Shown piece after piece: positions 36,838 to 48,242 of a stretch of DNA of 64,000 nt. The position numbers and the translations under genes are program-made. The stretch is from Octopus sinensis (taxonomy: Eukaryota): assembly GCF_006345805.1 (NCBI RefSeq), contig NC_042998.1, positions 174,034,001 through 174,098,000 of the forward strand. The letters run 5' to 3'. How positions within the stretch are numbered: the stretch's first letter is position 1; every line of letters starts with the position of its first letter. The notes under the pieces are model-generated. The model was not told the DNA's origin and did not search any database. It saw only the letters and a program-made list of their open reading frames with translations.

Positions 36838-39800
36838 CATACATATACATTTATATGTATGTATACCACGTGCAGGTACATTAGTTTTCTAACACAATCT
36901 TAGAAACTATTTTTCTATGAAGTGTATTTTCGCATCCGTTTTGTTTTGCATTTATTTGTTGCAGCAAATAGTCGACAGACGAAGTAGGAGCAGACATCAG
37001 AATGAAAGAAATTGACAAACGATAAATAGAAAGCAAGGGGAATAGTATGAAGAAATTGTGACAGAGAAAGGTAGCTTACCAAATAAGAGACAAGGTTCTG
37101 TATACGTACACAAGTTTAATAATGTCAAAAAGGTGTTGCAACCATACTTTAGAAATGTCTCCGAAACAATATAATCAAATAAATTTCGTTCCAAATGTAA
37201 ACCTTTCTGTGACAGAAACTTTTCCCAAGTTGAGTAAAGCGTCAAGAATCCAATTTTCTGTGCAATATGCTTGTTTAATTCAATTAGCTGCAGTATTCTG
37301 AGAAATGTTATTAAGAATGCCATACACTTATGGTACAGTGTAATGCGTCTCCAGAATTTATAATGTATCTTTGCTTTCTCTTACTACTCCGAGGAACAGC
37401 AAAATGTTTTTGAAAGATTGCTAACTTAGCAATTTTGTTTGTTTTGTTTAATTGGTAGGAAACAAAATTATTTTCCTTTTGTTCAGTTTCTATTTTGGTA
37501 TTGCTTTTATTTGCATTTTTGTAACCTAAAAATTTTGACGAAACTGTATTTATAATTCAAAGAGAGCAGATTTTTATTCCGTGATGTGACATCGAAAGGT
37601 AAAGTAATGGTTTCAAAATTAAAATTTTGTACATTGTAATAAGAATAGTAATTTTAAAGTAGTAATAACGATTTCAAAATAGCGTATAACCACTCCAAAG
37701 TGATTCAGGTGCAAAACGGCTTATTTAAAAGAAAATATAACTTCGAAAACATCATAACATCATTTGTAATGTCAACTTAACTGGTTAATTAACCAGACTA
37801 GCAAAAACGTCATCTCGTGGTTATACTATATCCCACAATTTTGATCATTTTGTATATTTATTGTTTATTTTTTTTATGAGAAGCTAGTACGACAATGACA
37901 CTCAGTGCTGAATTTTCGAGAATATTATCTCGGATGGAAACTTTTGTAACATCTGCAAAACTGTTTCCTACAACTGCATTAATTTCTACTGGAAAAATAT
38001 TTCCATTACTATGAATTTTATTCACGAGAAGCATTGATATTTATGTTAGCAATTTTTATCACTTAATCAGAAGTCAATACCCGTGGGAAATTTTATGGTC
38101 TTCGAGGATGGTAGGAGAGGATAGAATATATCCTTCAACCAGAGATCTGGACCAAATGTTTAAAACAGTATAAGCTCTGCTAAAGGCAGACCCAAGAACC
38201 AGGTGGTGTGAAATTTTAAATCGAGCGATGGAATAAATCTACCTTCATTTTACTACAACGAATTCAAATTTAGAAGGTTAATAGCAGGTGCAAATACTAC
38301 AAGGAATTTCATCAAACTCTAACCATTCGGCAAGTCCATAGGCTTAAACTGTTACTGAAATTATTGGCCCTGGAGGGATAAACGGCAAAGTTCACATTGT
38401 TGAAATTTGAACTTAGAACGCTAGACATCGGAATGACTACCACAATTCACTTCATCCGAAGCTCTGACGACTCTGCCATATTGCTGTTCGCCGTTTATTT
38501 GTCCAAGCTTCTCATCTTGTACCTTAAAATGTGATATAAATATAAACACAGAAATGCGAGATAAAATATAAACTTGTGGGACAATTCTTGAAGTTCGTAA
38601 AAGTCACGATTCCTAATATTGTTCGTATTTACAGGACTTAAGTATGGATATATTTCGACCTCCTTCAACTGCAAAATAATTGAAATAGAATAAGCAAACT
38701 AGAACTCAAATTGTTTGACAGTTCATGATTTTATATAGGTTGGCTAAAAACGTAACTTCATTTCAAAGGTATTTCCAAATCGAATCATTAGCAAACATTA
38801 AGTTTCCATTATTATGTACAGTGAGAATGGCCACTGTTTGGGCCTTTCCAATCGTGACAAGAATCATGATCTTTAATGTAAAAAAGTCATTCTTGGTCAA
38901 AATTTTCCAACATAAGTTTTTCAGTTGTTCGATCAACTAAACTCATTAAATTAGCATGCTAGTGGATGAATATGCCAGAGGGACGAACACATACACTTAA
39001 CATAAATTTCATAGGGAATCAATGTACACAGACACATGCGTATTCATCTATATGTACATGTGTATATACGCATGCATATCAGTGTGCGCGCAAGCACAAA
39101 CGCATGCGCGTTCACAAGGTAAGACACTTAAATCACAATTTCATACATGAGATGGGCTTTCAAAGTTTCCATTTTACCCAAACCCGGGACCTCGTGTTTG
39201 CGAAGTGAACTTTTTAACCATTTGGCCATACAGCACCAATTATGACGGAATATGAATATATTGTTCATACATCGACACATTCGTGTTTAAGACTATTGTA
39301 TTTCTGATTTATCAATAATCACTTTACTATGATATATTCATTCTTTCAATGTCTTTGAATTCTACAGAAGGGAACTAAATGAAGGGACAGTAACACTAGC
39401 ATCCAGAGGTGAGATACAAAACTTAGCAAGCCATCACAAGGCTATTCCAACGGGTCGTTACTGCTTATGGACAGCATTTCATGATTTGTATCTTTCTATT
39501 ACTTCATTCGTCTCTTTCCATTAAATACTGCTTAGCACAGCCATCTAACGCAACTCATTCAAGCAAATTGTATTCAGTCTACAAGTGATATTTGGTCATG
39601 CGATTGACCTATAGATTTTTTCTTGTGTTATTTCTACAACTGCTAATCAATCTGAAATGTCAGAGTCGTCGTTAATTGCTCTTTGGAATAAGCTGTAGTT
39701 TCTCATATGAGTCTCCGTCTATCAAATGTCTCATAAGAGAATGTTAGTTAATGATAATTGCTGCCCAGGACCGTACGAATAATAAAATTTACTTGTTTCT

Positions 39801-39971
39801 ATCTTGAACTATGAAACTATATGCCAATGCAATTGTTTAAGGGTGTATTCAAATGAAAGTAATTGTGTATGTATGTGTACGTGTACGCCTAACAATATAT
39901 ACACTCATGCATCTATCAATCTATTCATACAGATTTATAACAGAATAAATAATACATACATACATATATAT

Positions 39972-40055
<84 letters not shown>

Positions 40056-40058
<3 letters not shown>

Positions 40059-40205
40059 CGCAGAGTGGCTGTGTGGTAAGTAGCTTGCTTACCAACCACA
40101 TGGTTCCGGGTTCAGTCCCACTGCGTGGCACCTTGGGCAGTGTCTCTACTATAGCCTCGGGCCGACCAATGCCTTGTGAGTGGATTTCATAGACGGAAAC
40201 TGAAA
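40056..40205 (+). mobile_element. SINE family 1, 5' half, inside (TA)n
   Basis: gagtggctgtgtggtaagtagcttgc...gttccgggttcagtcccactgcgtggcaccttgggc. Confidence 0.85.
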
Positions 40206-40299
40206 CAAATAAAAGAGTATATATACGCATTTGTATATGCATACATGTATGTAATAAATATATATATATACATATATAAATATATATATATATTATATA

Positions 40300-40390
<91 letters not shown>

Positions 40391-40558
40391 GTGAATATAT
40401 ATATATATAATATTATGTGAAATAGAAAATGAATATCTTGTAGTAGATTAATCAAAAGTTAACCGATACCTTAGGCAAAAATCACAGCAGTGAACAGCAC
40501 GGTTGAGGTACAACCATCTGGCTTGCAACCGTGCGTTGGTGCGGATAATTGAAATTAA

Positions 40559-41135
40559 AACATTATTGGTGAATTGAAGAAATGAGCTGAACGCAGATTG
40601 AACAGAATCGTTTTATTTCATTCTACACGTGTTTTCGAAGGCCACATTACCACTGACAGCCGAACGATCAAACGCACACACGTACACAAAAAATGTTTTC
40701 TACCCCTACGCAACACACACATATAGAACAGTATACACACACACGTCTCTAAGTAGATTTTTCTCGCCCCTTATAAAACATCCAATTTCTTTAAATAGTC
40801 AGAATTTATTCTCGGTCACAAGAACATCTTACACCCTCACCCACCTGATGATTGACCGATGCCTGACCTGTTGAATTCTTCAGCCACCGGTTCTCAACAT
40901 ACACTGATAACTTTCCCATGGGCTCTTAGGAGCACAGTTCATATTGTTTTTTGCTCTGCCTCTGTTCTGTTTTTGTTTTTCCATTTCCTTTTTTCTTCTG
41001 AAGAAAGACACAATATGGTCCCATTATTCAATCGGATTTTGGTAATTTGTGCCTTTCGAAACACGTGTAGAATGAAATAAACACGATTTCTGTTCAATCT
41101 GCGTTAGCTCATTTCTCTTCAATTCACCAATAATG

Positions 41136-41137
<2 letters not shown>
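40559..41137. mobile_element. non-coding element with ~95 bp inverted repeats (40559-40652 and 41040-41137)
   Basis: aacattattggtgaattgaaga...ttctacacgtgttttcgaagg is the reverse complement of cctttcgaaacacgtgtagaa...tcttcaattcaccaataatgtt; right end abuts (TA)n. Confidence 0.85.
40990..41077 (+). ncRNA. type-I hammerhead-like motif with extended stem II
   Basis: CTGAAGA (40998-41004), stem II aagacacaa...ttgtgccttt, c-GAAA-CACGTG-TA-gaatgaaa; palindromic stem III; stem I imperfect. Confidence 0.6.
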
Positions 41138-41203
<66 letters not shown>

Positions 41204-41204
41204 G

Positions 41205-41251
<47 letters not shown>

Positions 41252-41511
41252 ATAATAAGAGTAAATAATTTCTATAAAGGTTTTTTAAAAAAACCACAAT
41301 TATTTACTGGTAGAATTCGGTATGTAAATATAGCCGATTACCGGCAGGAACTTCTGTAAAGTTCAGTATATGTATTGTATATAAAGAAAAAGGGACAAGC
41401 ATATATATATATAAACATTTAAATAATGAGGGAGATAAATTGAATATTAATTTAATTAATATCAATTTAAAATCTGAGAAATCAGAGAAAATTCTAATAC
41501 ATGTGTATATT

Positions 41512-41904
41512 TTAAGGGCTAAAAACCACTATGTGGACAGTCATATGCTAGAAATAGATCACCTGCGATCAAACTACAAAGAAAGAATGTTCTCTAGAGA
41601 AAAATTCAGCGGACACCAGAACAATAGGCGGACAAGACAGATGAAAATTATATAAAAAACAAAAATTAATCGCATACCGATTTCGTCTATTAACGAATAA
41701 ATCACTTACGTAATCCTTCGTCCGTAGGACTCGTCAGTACGATCGTTCCAAAAGCAATATAATTTGTAAAAAAACAGACACGTGCTTAGTTCCACCGATT
41801 ACATTGGGGTTAATTTCAAACGTATGAGTTCTTTCTTTGTAGTTTGATCGTAGGTGATCTATTTCTAGCATATGCCTGTCCACATAGTGGTTTTTAACCC
41901 TTAA
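41512..41904. mobile_element. non-coding element with 76 bp inverted repeats (41512-41587 and 41829-41904)
   Basis: ttaagggctaaaaaccactatgtggacag...aaactacaaagaaagaa and its reverse complement, about 3 mismatches by eye; (TA)n at the right flank. Confidence 0.88.
41669..41743 (-). ncRNA. type-I hammerhead ribozyme with canonical core
   Basis: Minus strand atcgta-CTGACGA-gtc...gac-GAAA-TCGG-TA-tgcgat: 6-bp stem I, G-C closed long stem II, minimal stem III, GUA cleavage triplet. Confidence 0.75.
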
Positions 41905-41956
41905 TATATTATATATATATATATATATATGTCAAATCAGTTTGATTCAAATTCTT

Positions 41957-41997
41957 TGGTACTCTTGAGTTTCAAGCGTGATGCTGGTCTTCAGTCA
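41957..41997 (-). ncRNA. hammerhead-like motif near the outer end of the left arm
   Basis: Minus strand tga-CTGAAGA-ccagcatcacgctt-GAAA-CTC-AA-GAG-TA-cca. Confidence 0.6.
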
Positions 41998-43275
41998 TTT
42001 TGAATTTGAATGACAGGAGTTGATTGTAATTACCGTAATGTTGGCTGCGATTGGTTGAGGGAGATCATGTGGTGTTGTGGTTCGATGTTGGTGTTTCGGT
42101 AGCAGTTAGCTGGAAAATACTGCATGGTGAACAGGAAATCGACCGTGCGATAGACAGGAAATCGACCGTGTAGTGGTCAGGAAATCGGTCAGTTTGTGGG
42201 AGGAGAGGTAGGAAGGGGCGGTATGTGCAAGCATATGCTTGTATTTCTGGGTGTGTAGACGCTTTCATATGGTTTTGCGCATGTCTGTATGCGAGCGTAC
42301 GCATCTATATATGGGCACGCATGCGTACTCCCACACTTACACATACATATGAACGGACATGCGCGTGCACATGCACACTCGCACGCACACATGCATGGTT
42401 ATACATGTGCATAACAAGCGTTGGGGATTGGTAAGCGTTGTGGATTGGTAATTGGTGGTTCTTCTCACGGGGTTGATTGGTGTCGGTGACCTTGGTGCAG
42501 GTGGTGCAGAGTAGCAACTGGTACTATGGTGGTATCTCCGGGTTGTCGGCAGTCAGAGGACTGACATTTGCCAGAAGGGCATACCTCTGGTGACAGCAAT
42601 AAGATAAATCGTATTTCTTGCTAATGTATACTGCGGGTTGTTGGAGGATATGCAGTTTTTTGCGGAGGCAGAGCTGTTAGTTGGGGGCGCCGGTGAATAT
42701 GGTGGCGCTCTGTCGAATATAGACCACTTGATGCTGACTCTCGCGCACGCGCGATTGCATGTGCACGTGCATGCATGTGTGCGCGCACACTGTTATGCAT
42801 GCCTATATGCACTCAAGAGTTTATACATATGTACATATAAATGAATACGCATGTGTGTGTGCATGCATATGTGTACACGTGTGTGCATGCGCGTGCATGT
42901 ATGTGTGTGCGCGCGCATGTCCGTTCATATATGTGTGTCCGTGTGTGTGCGTATATGGGGGCGTAAGCGTGCGTGCCCATGTACAGATGCGCACGCGTAT
43001 ATCAATGCAGACATGCACGCAAAACCACATGAACGCGTCTACACCCCCATATATACAACAATATACTTGCACATACCACTCCTTCCTACTTCCCCTCCAA
43101 CAACCTGGCCGGTTTCCTGTCCACCAGTGATCGATATCTTGTTCACCATGTGGTATTTTCCAACGAGCTGTTACCGATATGCCAACATCGAACCACGACA
43201 CCGCGTGACCTTCCTCGAGCAATCGCAGTCTATATTACAGTTACAACAATCAACTTCTGCCTTTCAGATTCAAAA

Positions 43276-43316
43276 TGGCTGACGACTAGCATCATACTTG
43301 AAGCACAATAGTACCA
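43276..43316 (+). ncRNA. degenerate hammerhead-like motif near the outer end of the right arm
   Basis: tgg-CTGACGA-ctagcatcatactt-GAAG-cacaatag-TA-cca; paralog of 41957-41997 with GAAA mutated. Confidence 0.5.
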
Positions 43317-43412
43317 GCGAATTCGAACCAAACTAATTGATGTACACATGTAACTACCAATAAATTTGCCGAGTGCCATTCTTTGGTTGCCCACTCACTC
43401 GTATATATATAT

Positions 43413-43640
43413 GTTTCTTTATTACCCACAAAGGGCTAAACATAGAGGGGACAAACAAGGACAGACAAACGGATTAAGGCGATTATATCGACCCCAGTGC
43501 TTAACTGGTACTTAATTTATCGACCCCGAAAGGATGAAAGGCAAAGTCGCCCTCGGCGGAATTTGAACACAGAAGGTAACGGCAGACGAAGTACGGATAC
43601 TCATTTCGCCCGGCGTGCTAACGTTTCTGCCAGCTCGCCC
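43413..43640 (-). mobile_element. SINE family 2
   Basis: Matches 8689-8918 end to end. Confidence 0.88.
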
Positions 43641-43641
43641 T

Positions 43642-43672
<31 letters not shown>

Positions 43673-43954
43673 ATGTGTGTGTGTATGTATGTGTGTGTGT
43701 GTGTGTGTTTGTGTGTGTGTATGTGTATGTGTATGTGTGTGTGTGTGTGTGTGGGTGTTTGTGTGTGTGTGTTTGTATACCAAAGTAATGCTTATTTGCC
43801 ACTTTGACATGGCTGTTCCGTACGAACCGACGTTACTACCATATTTAACTCCAAGAGGATGCTTCCTCAAGCTGGTTATCGAGGCAATCTGCACCGGATA
43901 TATATTGCAAGTAGGAGAGTGAACTACAACCATCTCTTAGCGACTTGCCAAGCC

Positions 43955-44001
43955 CACCAGATCGTCTGGTTTCGGGATATTTTTGCCCATCCACAGTGGT
44001 G
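43955..44001 (-). ncRNA. hammerhead-like motif (degenerate copy A)
   Basis: Minus strand cacca-CTGTGGA-tggg/caaaaatat/ccc-GAAA-ccagacga-TC-tggtg; perfect 5-bp stem I. Confidence 0.6.
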
Positions 44002-44249
44002 GACACCTATCCGATAGAGATTAATTCTTTATTACAGGCACAATGCTTAATTACAGAGGGGACATACAAAGACATAAAGCATAAGGAGGATGAATGTGAA
44101 ATGATTATATTTACAATGCAAATGAGTCGGCCATCTCGCTCCCGCTGCGAGATGAAACCGTGTATTCCTTTAACACGACCATTAGCCTTGCTCCGAGGCG
44201 AAACCGCGACTTCCCTCTTCACTTTTACCCTACCATAATAACCCTTTTA

Positions 44250-45750
44250 AACCCATGTTCATACAGTCCTTACTTATTTCTTTTCCTGTCTTAAAACTAA
44301 ATGGAAACGAAATGTTTTTTATCACAGTGGTTAAAAAATCTTTAGGAAACCTGTTCATTTAATAGTTTGAAATTTTACATTATTTTTCGTTTTTTTTTTT
44401 TTTCCTAAAAAGTTCAAACAATATTTCTCTCAGTTGTAGTCTTTACAAAATTATAATTGAATTACCACTTACTCCTTTCAAGTTGGGGTGTCTTATCTCA
44501 CAATAATTTTTCTTTTAGTTTGTGCTTTTCATGTTGTCTGTTTTAGCACCTATTTTCCTGCCGTTTTATGGCTTCTTGTATTTCCGCCTCGAAGTCTGTG
44601 TCTTCGTGTATTTGTGTGGCTGTGTTCTTGTATTTGTGTGTCTGTGTGTTTGTTTGACTGCAACTCTACGTGTTTCGTCTGTGTGTCTATGTCTTTAGGT
44701 TTCCGTAATTCTGGGTTGTCTCATTCTAGTCTGAATGACACTACTTTTAATTCCTTTGCTAGTACTTCCACTGGTAAATTTTCTCCGTTTCTCTTCGTGG
44801 ATTGAGTTTCTTTTTCCATTCCTTTGTACTTCTTCACTTCCACTGTCGTCGGTGACTTTCTTCTGTCTCTTTTCCTGGGTTTTACCTCCACCTAATTCCC
44901 ATCATATTCTGCTCTCTGCTTCTGCTTTTTTTCCGCCACTATCTCTTCCTGTACACTCTCTTCCACCATTTCTACTGCTGCTTTAGGGCATTTCCTTCTC
45001 AGGTGTCCTCTTTCATTGCAACCGTATCATTTTGGGAATCTCCTCTCCAACATTACTTCCAGCTTTTCACCGTTTGGTAATTCCACAGTTTCCGCCAATT
45101 CAATTGTTGAGTTCTGCTTACTATGCAAATGTTCAGGTTTTCACTTCCCTTCACCAGCTCTCAATTAAAACTTGCGACTATCACCCATTCTGGATCTATC
45201 GTCGGTGGGATTCTTCTCACCCTGACCCTGACGATTCTTTTACCCAAACAGTTCGGCACCAACGTCTATTTCTCTCCCAAAATCAGTCTGTTATCTTTCA
45301 TTTTGGCCTCTTCCTCTGATGCAACGGTGACTATTATAGTCGTAATTCCTTCCTCTTTTAAAGAAAGTTATTCCTTCACCTATTCGTTCCTTCAATATTT
45401 CCTCTATGTCTTCCTGCGGCGCGTGCTCCATTTTATTTTTATTCGAAAATGTTCTGAATATCACCGTCCTGCTTCCCAATTTTCTTTTTTCCTCTTCTGG
45501 CAGGGTCATTTTTATGTTTGACCATTCTTTTTTTATCATGCCATAATGGTTTGCTATCTTCTCATCCCACTCAATACTCTTCGGCTTCAGCACACGTGGG
45601 TCTATAGTATCTCGACCTCCAGTAGCTTCTGCGTAACTCTTCTTTTCTTCCATTATTCACTTTCACCCAACGATGGTGGATTCGCACAAAAATACCGCTT
45701 ACACTTGAAAAAACAACAAAAACCGAGTCTGTTAGAGACGGCAGTATTTC
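44250..45750 (-). mobile_element. L1/Tx1-like ORF1 (gag-like) relic
   Basis: Starts MEEKKSYAEATGG (45653); RIVRVRVRRIPP; zinc knuckle PK*YGCNERGHLRRKCP (CCHC with first Cys mutated to stop, about 44987-45030); A-rich coding strand; no ORF2 recognised; boundaries approximate. Confidence 0.6.
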
Positions 45751-45855
45751 ATTTCAACTCACAATATATAGAAAAATAAGTGACAATCTGTCGCTGATCT
45801 TACAGCAATCAAAGTAGCTAGTTAGAAAATTTCTATAAGAGATGAAAGTAGTAAC

Positions 45856-46000
45856 TATTAGGTTGTCCCAAAAGTTCGTAAACACTTACGAAAATTGAAT
45901 TTTTACTCGCCAAGTACTAACAAAAACAACATAAATTATTCCTCAAAATAAAGACTACTATTTTCCAAGACTTTCTACGAACTTTTGGGACAACCTTATA
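45856..46000. mobile_element. ~145 bp mariner-derived MITE
   Basis: TIRs TAttaggttgtcccaaaagttcgta and tacgaacttttgggacaaccttaTA. Confidence 0.85.
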
Positions 46001-46112
46001 TACTGAGAAGTAATGTTTGTCGCCACTTCAACATGGCTGTTCCGTACCAACTGACGTTACTGTCATTTTTAATCCCTAGAAGATGCTTTCTCTAGCTGGT
46101 TATCTATCCAAA

Positions 46113-46159
46113 CTCCACTGAGTATGGGAAAAAATAACCCGAAACCGGACGGTCAGGTG
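46113..46159 (+). ncRNA. hammerhead-like motif (degenerate copy B)
   Basis: ctcca-CTGAGTA-tggg/aaaaaataa/ccc-GAAA-CCG-GA-CGG-TC-aggtg; the consensus with copy A gives a canonical CTGAGGA core and all three stems. Confidence 0.6.
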
Positions 46160-47804
46160 ATCCTGTCAAGTCACTTGAGAAAGGTGGAGGGTTCGCTCCC
46201 CTACTTACAATATATATCGGTCTAGTTGAATGTAACATAATCGCTATAACTCTAGCCAATATTAATAGGGGCTCTATAAACAGGATAGAAATCGCAACAC
46301 AGTATTAATATTTGTTCGATTGATCATCTTTATTGTTCACTCTTTTTTTTGTCTTGAAGTTATTAATACAAATCCAAGATGGTTTCTTGTGTCTGTATAT
46401 GTATTGCATGCTAAAACTGATATATACATTTATTCTGTAATACAGCTTTAGCACATAGGAGTGCGGTGTAATTACTACGTCTTTTAATTTGATACCCCCG
46501 ATCTGGCGTTTGGATGCCTTTAACGTAAGAACACGGTGCGTTACATGCATTCGAGCCTGGTCTCCTGTTTGAGAATAAATTTCCTCCCGTATAGTGTACC
46601 CTGATAAAAGTCATGGATATAGACTTCCCACCAAACTCAGCAATGTATGTGTGTGTGTGTGTGTGTGTTTATGTGTGTGTGAATGTGTGTATGTGTGCAA
46701 GTCTGTGAATTAACTCTTGCTATTTCTCTCACTATGAACTTATCTTTTGTTTTCTTAATATTTTGTTCTCTTTCTCTTTCTCTCTTTCTTTCTCTCTCTA
46801 TTTTCCTCTTTCTCTCTCTCTCTTTCTCAATACACACACACGCACACACATATATATATATGGATATTGACAAACATGCATACATACATGCACACATACA
46901 TGCACACATACATGCACACGTAAATATACGGGTTTACGTAATCTATTTTGCAAATTCTTGTGCTTAATTTAGAAAAATCATTTTTAAAAAATAAGAATAT
47001 CTTTAAATATACCTTATAGATTTGTGCCTTGATTAAACACAGTCAAATATAATCCAATATGTTTATTTTGTGGTTGAAATCTCTTGGCATCAAATTATTA
47101 ACTACGTCTTTTCATATGTATAAATGCGCAGATACATGATTCTTCAGAATTATTTTTATACCAACTTATTAAAATAAAAGAGAACATTTCTGCATTGTCC
47201 AGTTTTTCATACGCTTACTTTACTAAATTCATCTCAGGAAATTGTCTCTCTTATTAATATAGTTATGTTACAATGGTGAGATTTTGGAATATGTAATTTC
47301 AAATTTATCTAGACAATTTTGATATAATTGTTCTAGATGGCTGCAGGGGTTTTCTCTCAAATCATAATCTTTAAATGATAGGAACACATATATAGTATAA
47401 TAAACCTAGAACTTCGTCTGCTTTGGTATTGTTTTTCTCATTTGAGATAAGATATATTATCATTATATACTGAAGTATTCGGGTTAGTCTCCTCATCTTG
47501 GTTGTTATAGTTGCAACGTTGGGCGGTTATACCTTTCAGTTTTCATGCACCCGTCGAACATTTCAGAACTTTCGAACTATTCCTTTTATAAAATCCACGA
47601 TGGTAAACGTTTTCATTCTTCTGTCAACACCAAGAATCTCTAACACTGCGAATATAAGTTTTGATAGGAGGCTAGTTTAAGCATAGAGATTCAGGTGGAG
47701 ACCATGAGTTCAAGTCTATGTCTGTAAAATAATATGTATTCTTGTTTACGCAGAAGGAGCAAATCACGTCACGAATAAGAAAATGAAAAAAAAAACTAAC
47801 TGAA

Positions 47805-47957
47805 CAGGAGTGGCTGTGTGGTAAGTAGCTTGTCTACCAACAACATGGTTCCAGGTTCAGTCCCACTGCGTCGTACCTTGGCAAGTGTTTTCTGCTATAG
47901 CCCCGGGCCGACCAATGCCTTGTGAGTGGAAACTGAAGCCTGTCGTATATATATATA

Positions 47958-48011
<54 letters not shown>

Positions 48012-48242
48012 CTGTGTTTGTGTGTCTGTGTTTGTTCCCCTAGCATTGCTTGACAACCGATGCTGGTGTGTTTACGTCCCCGTCACTTAGCGGTTCGGCA
48101 AAAGAGACCGATAGAATAAGTACTGGGCTTACAAAGAATAAGTCCCGGGGTCGATTTGCTCGACTAAAAAAAAGGCGGTGCTCCAGCATGGCCGCAGTCA
48201 AATGACTGAAACAAGTAAAAGAGTAAAAGAGTAAAAAGAGTA
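47805..48242 (+). mobile_element. SINE family 1, full length, with internal (TA)n expansion
   Basis: A/B-box-like head, CORE-like accttggcaagtg segment, (GTAAAAGA)n tail. Confidence 0.9.

Larger units (their letters stand above)
41931..43342. mobile_element. ~1.4 kb diverged fold-back element (arms about 41931-42410 and 42865-43342)
   Basis: gtggttcgatgttgg/ccaacatcgaaccac, catggtgaacagga/tcttgttcaccatg and catatgaacggacatgcgcg/cgcgcatgtccgttcatat pair across the centre. Confidence 0.85.
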
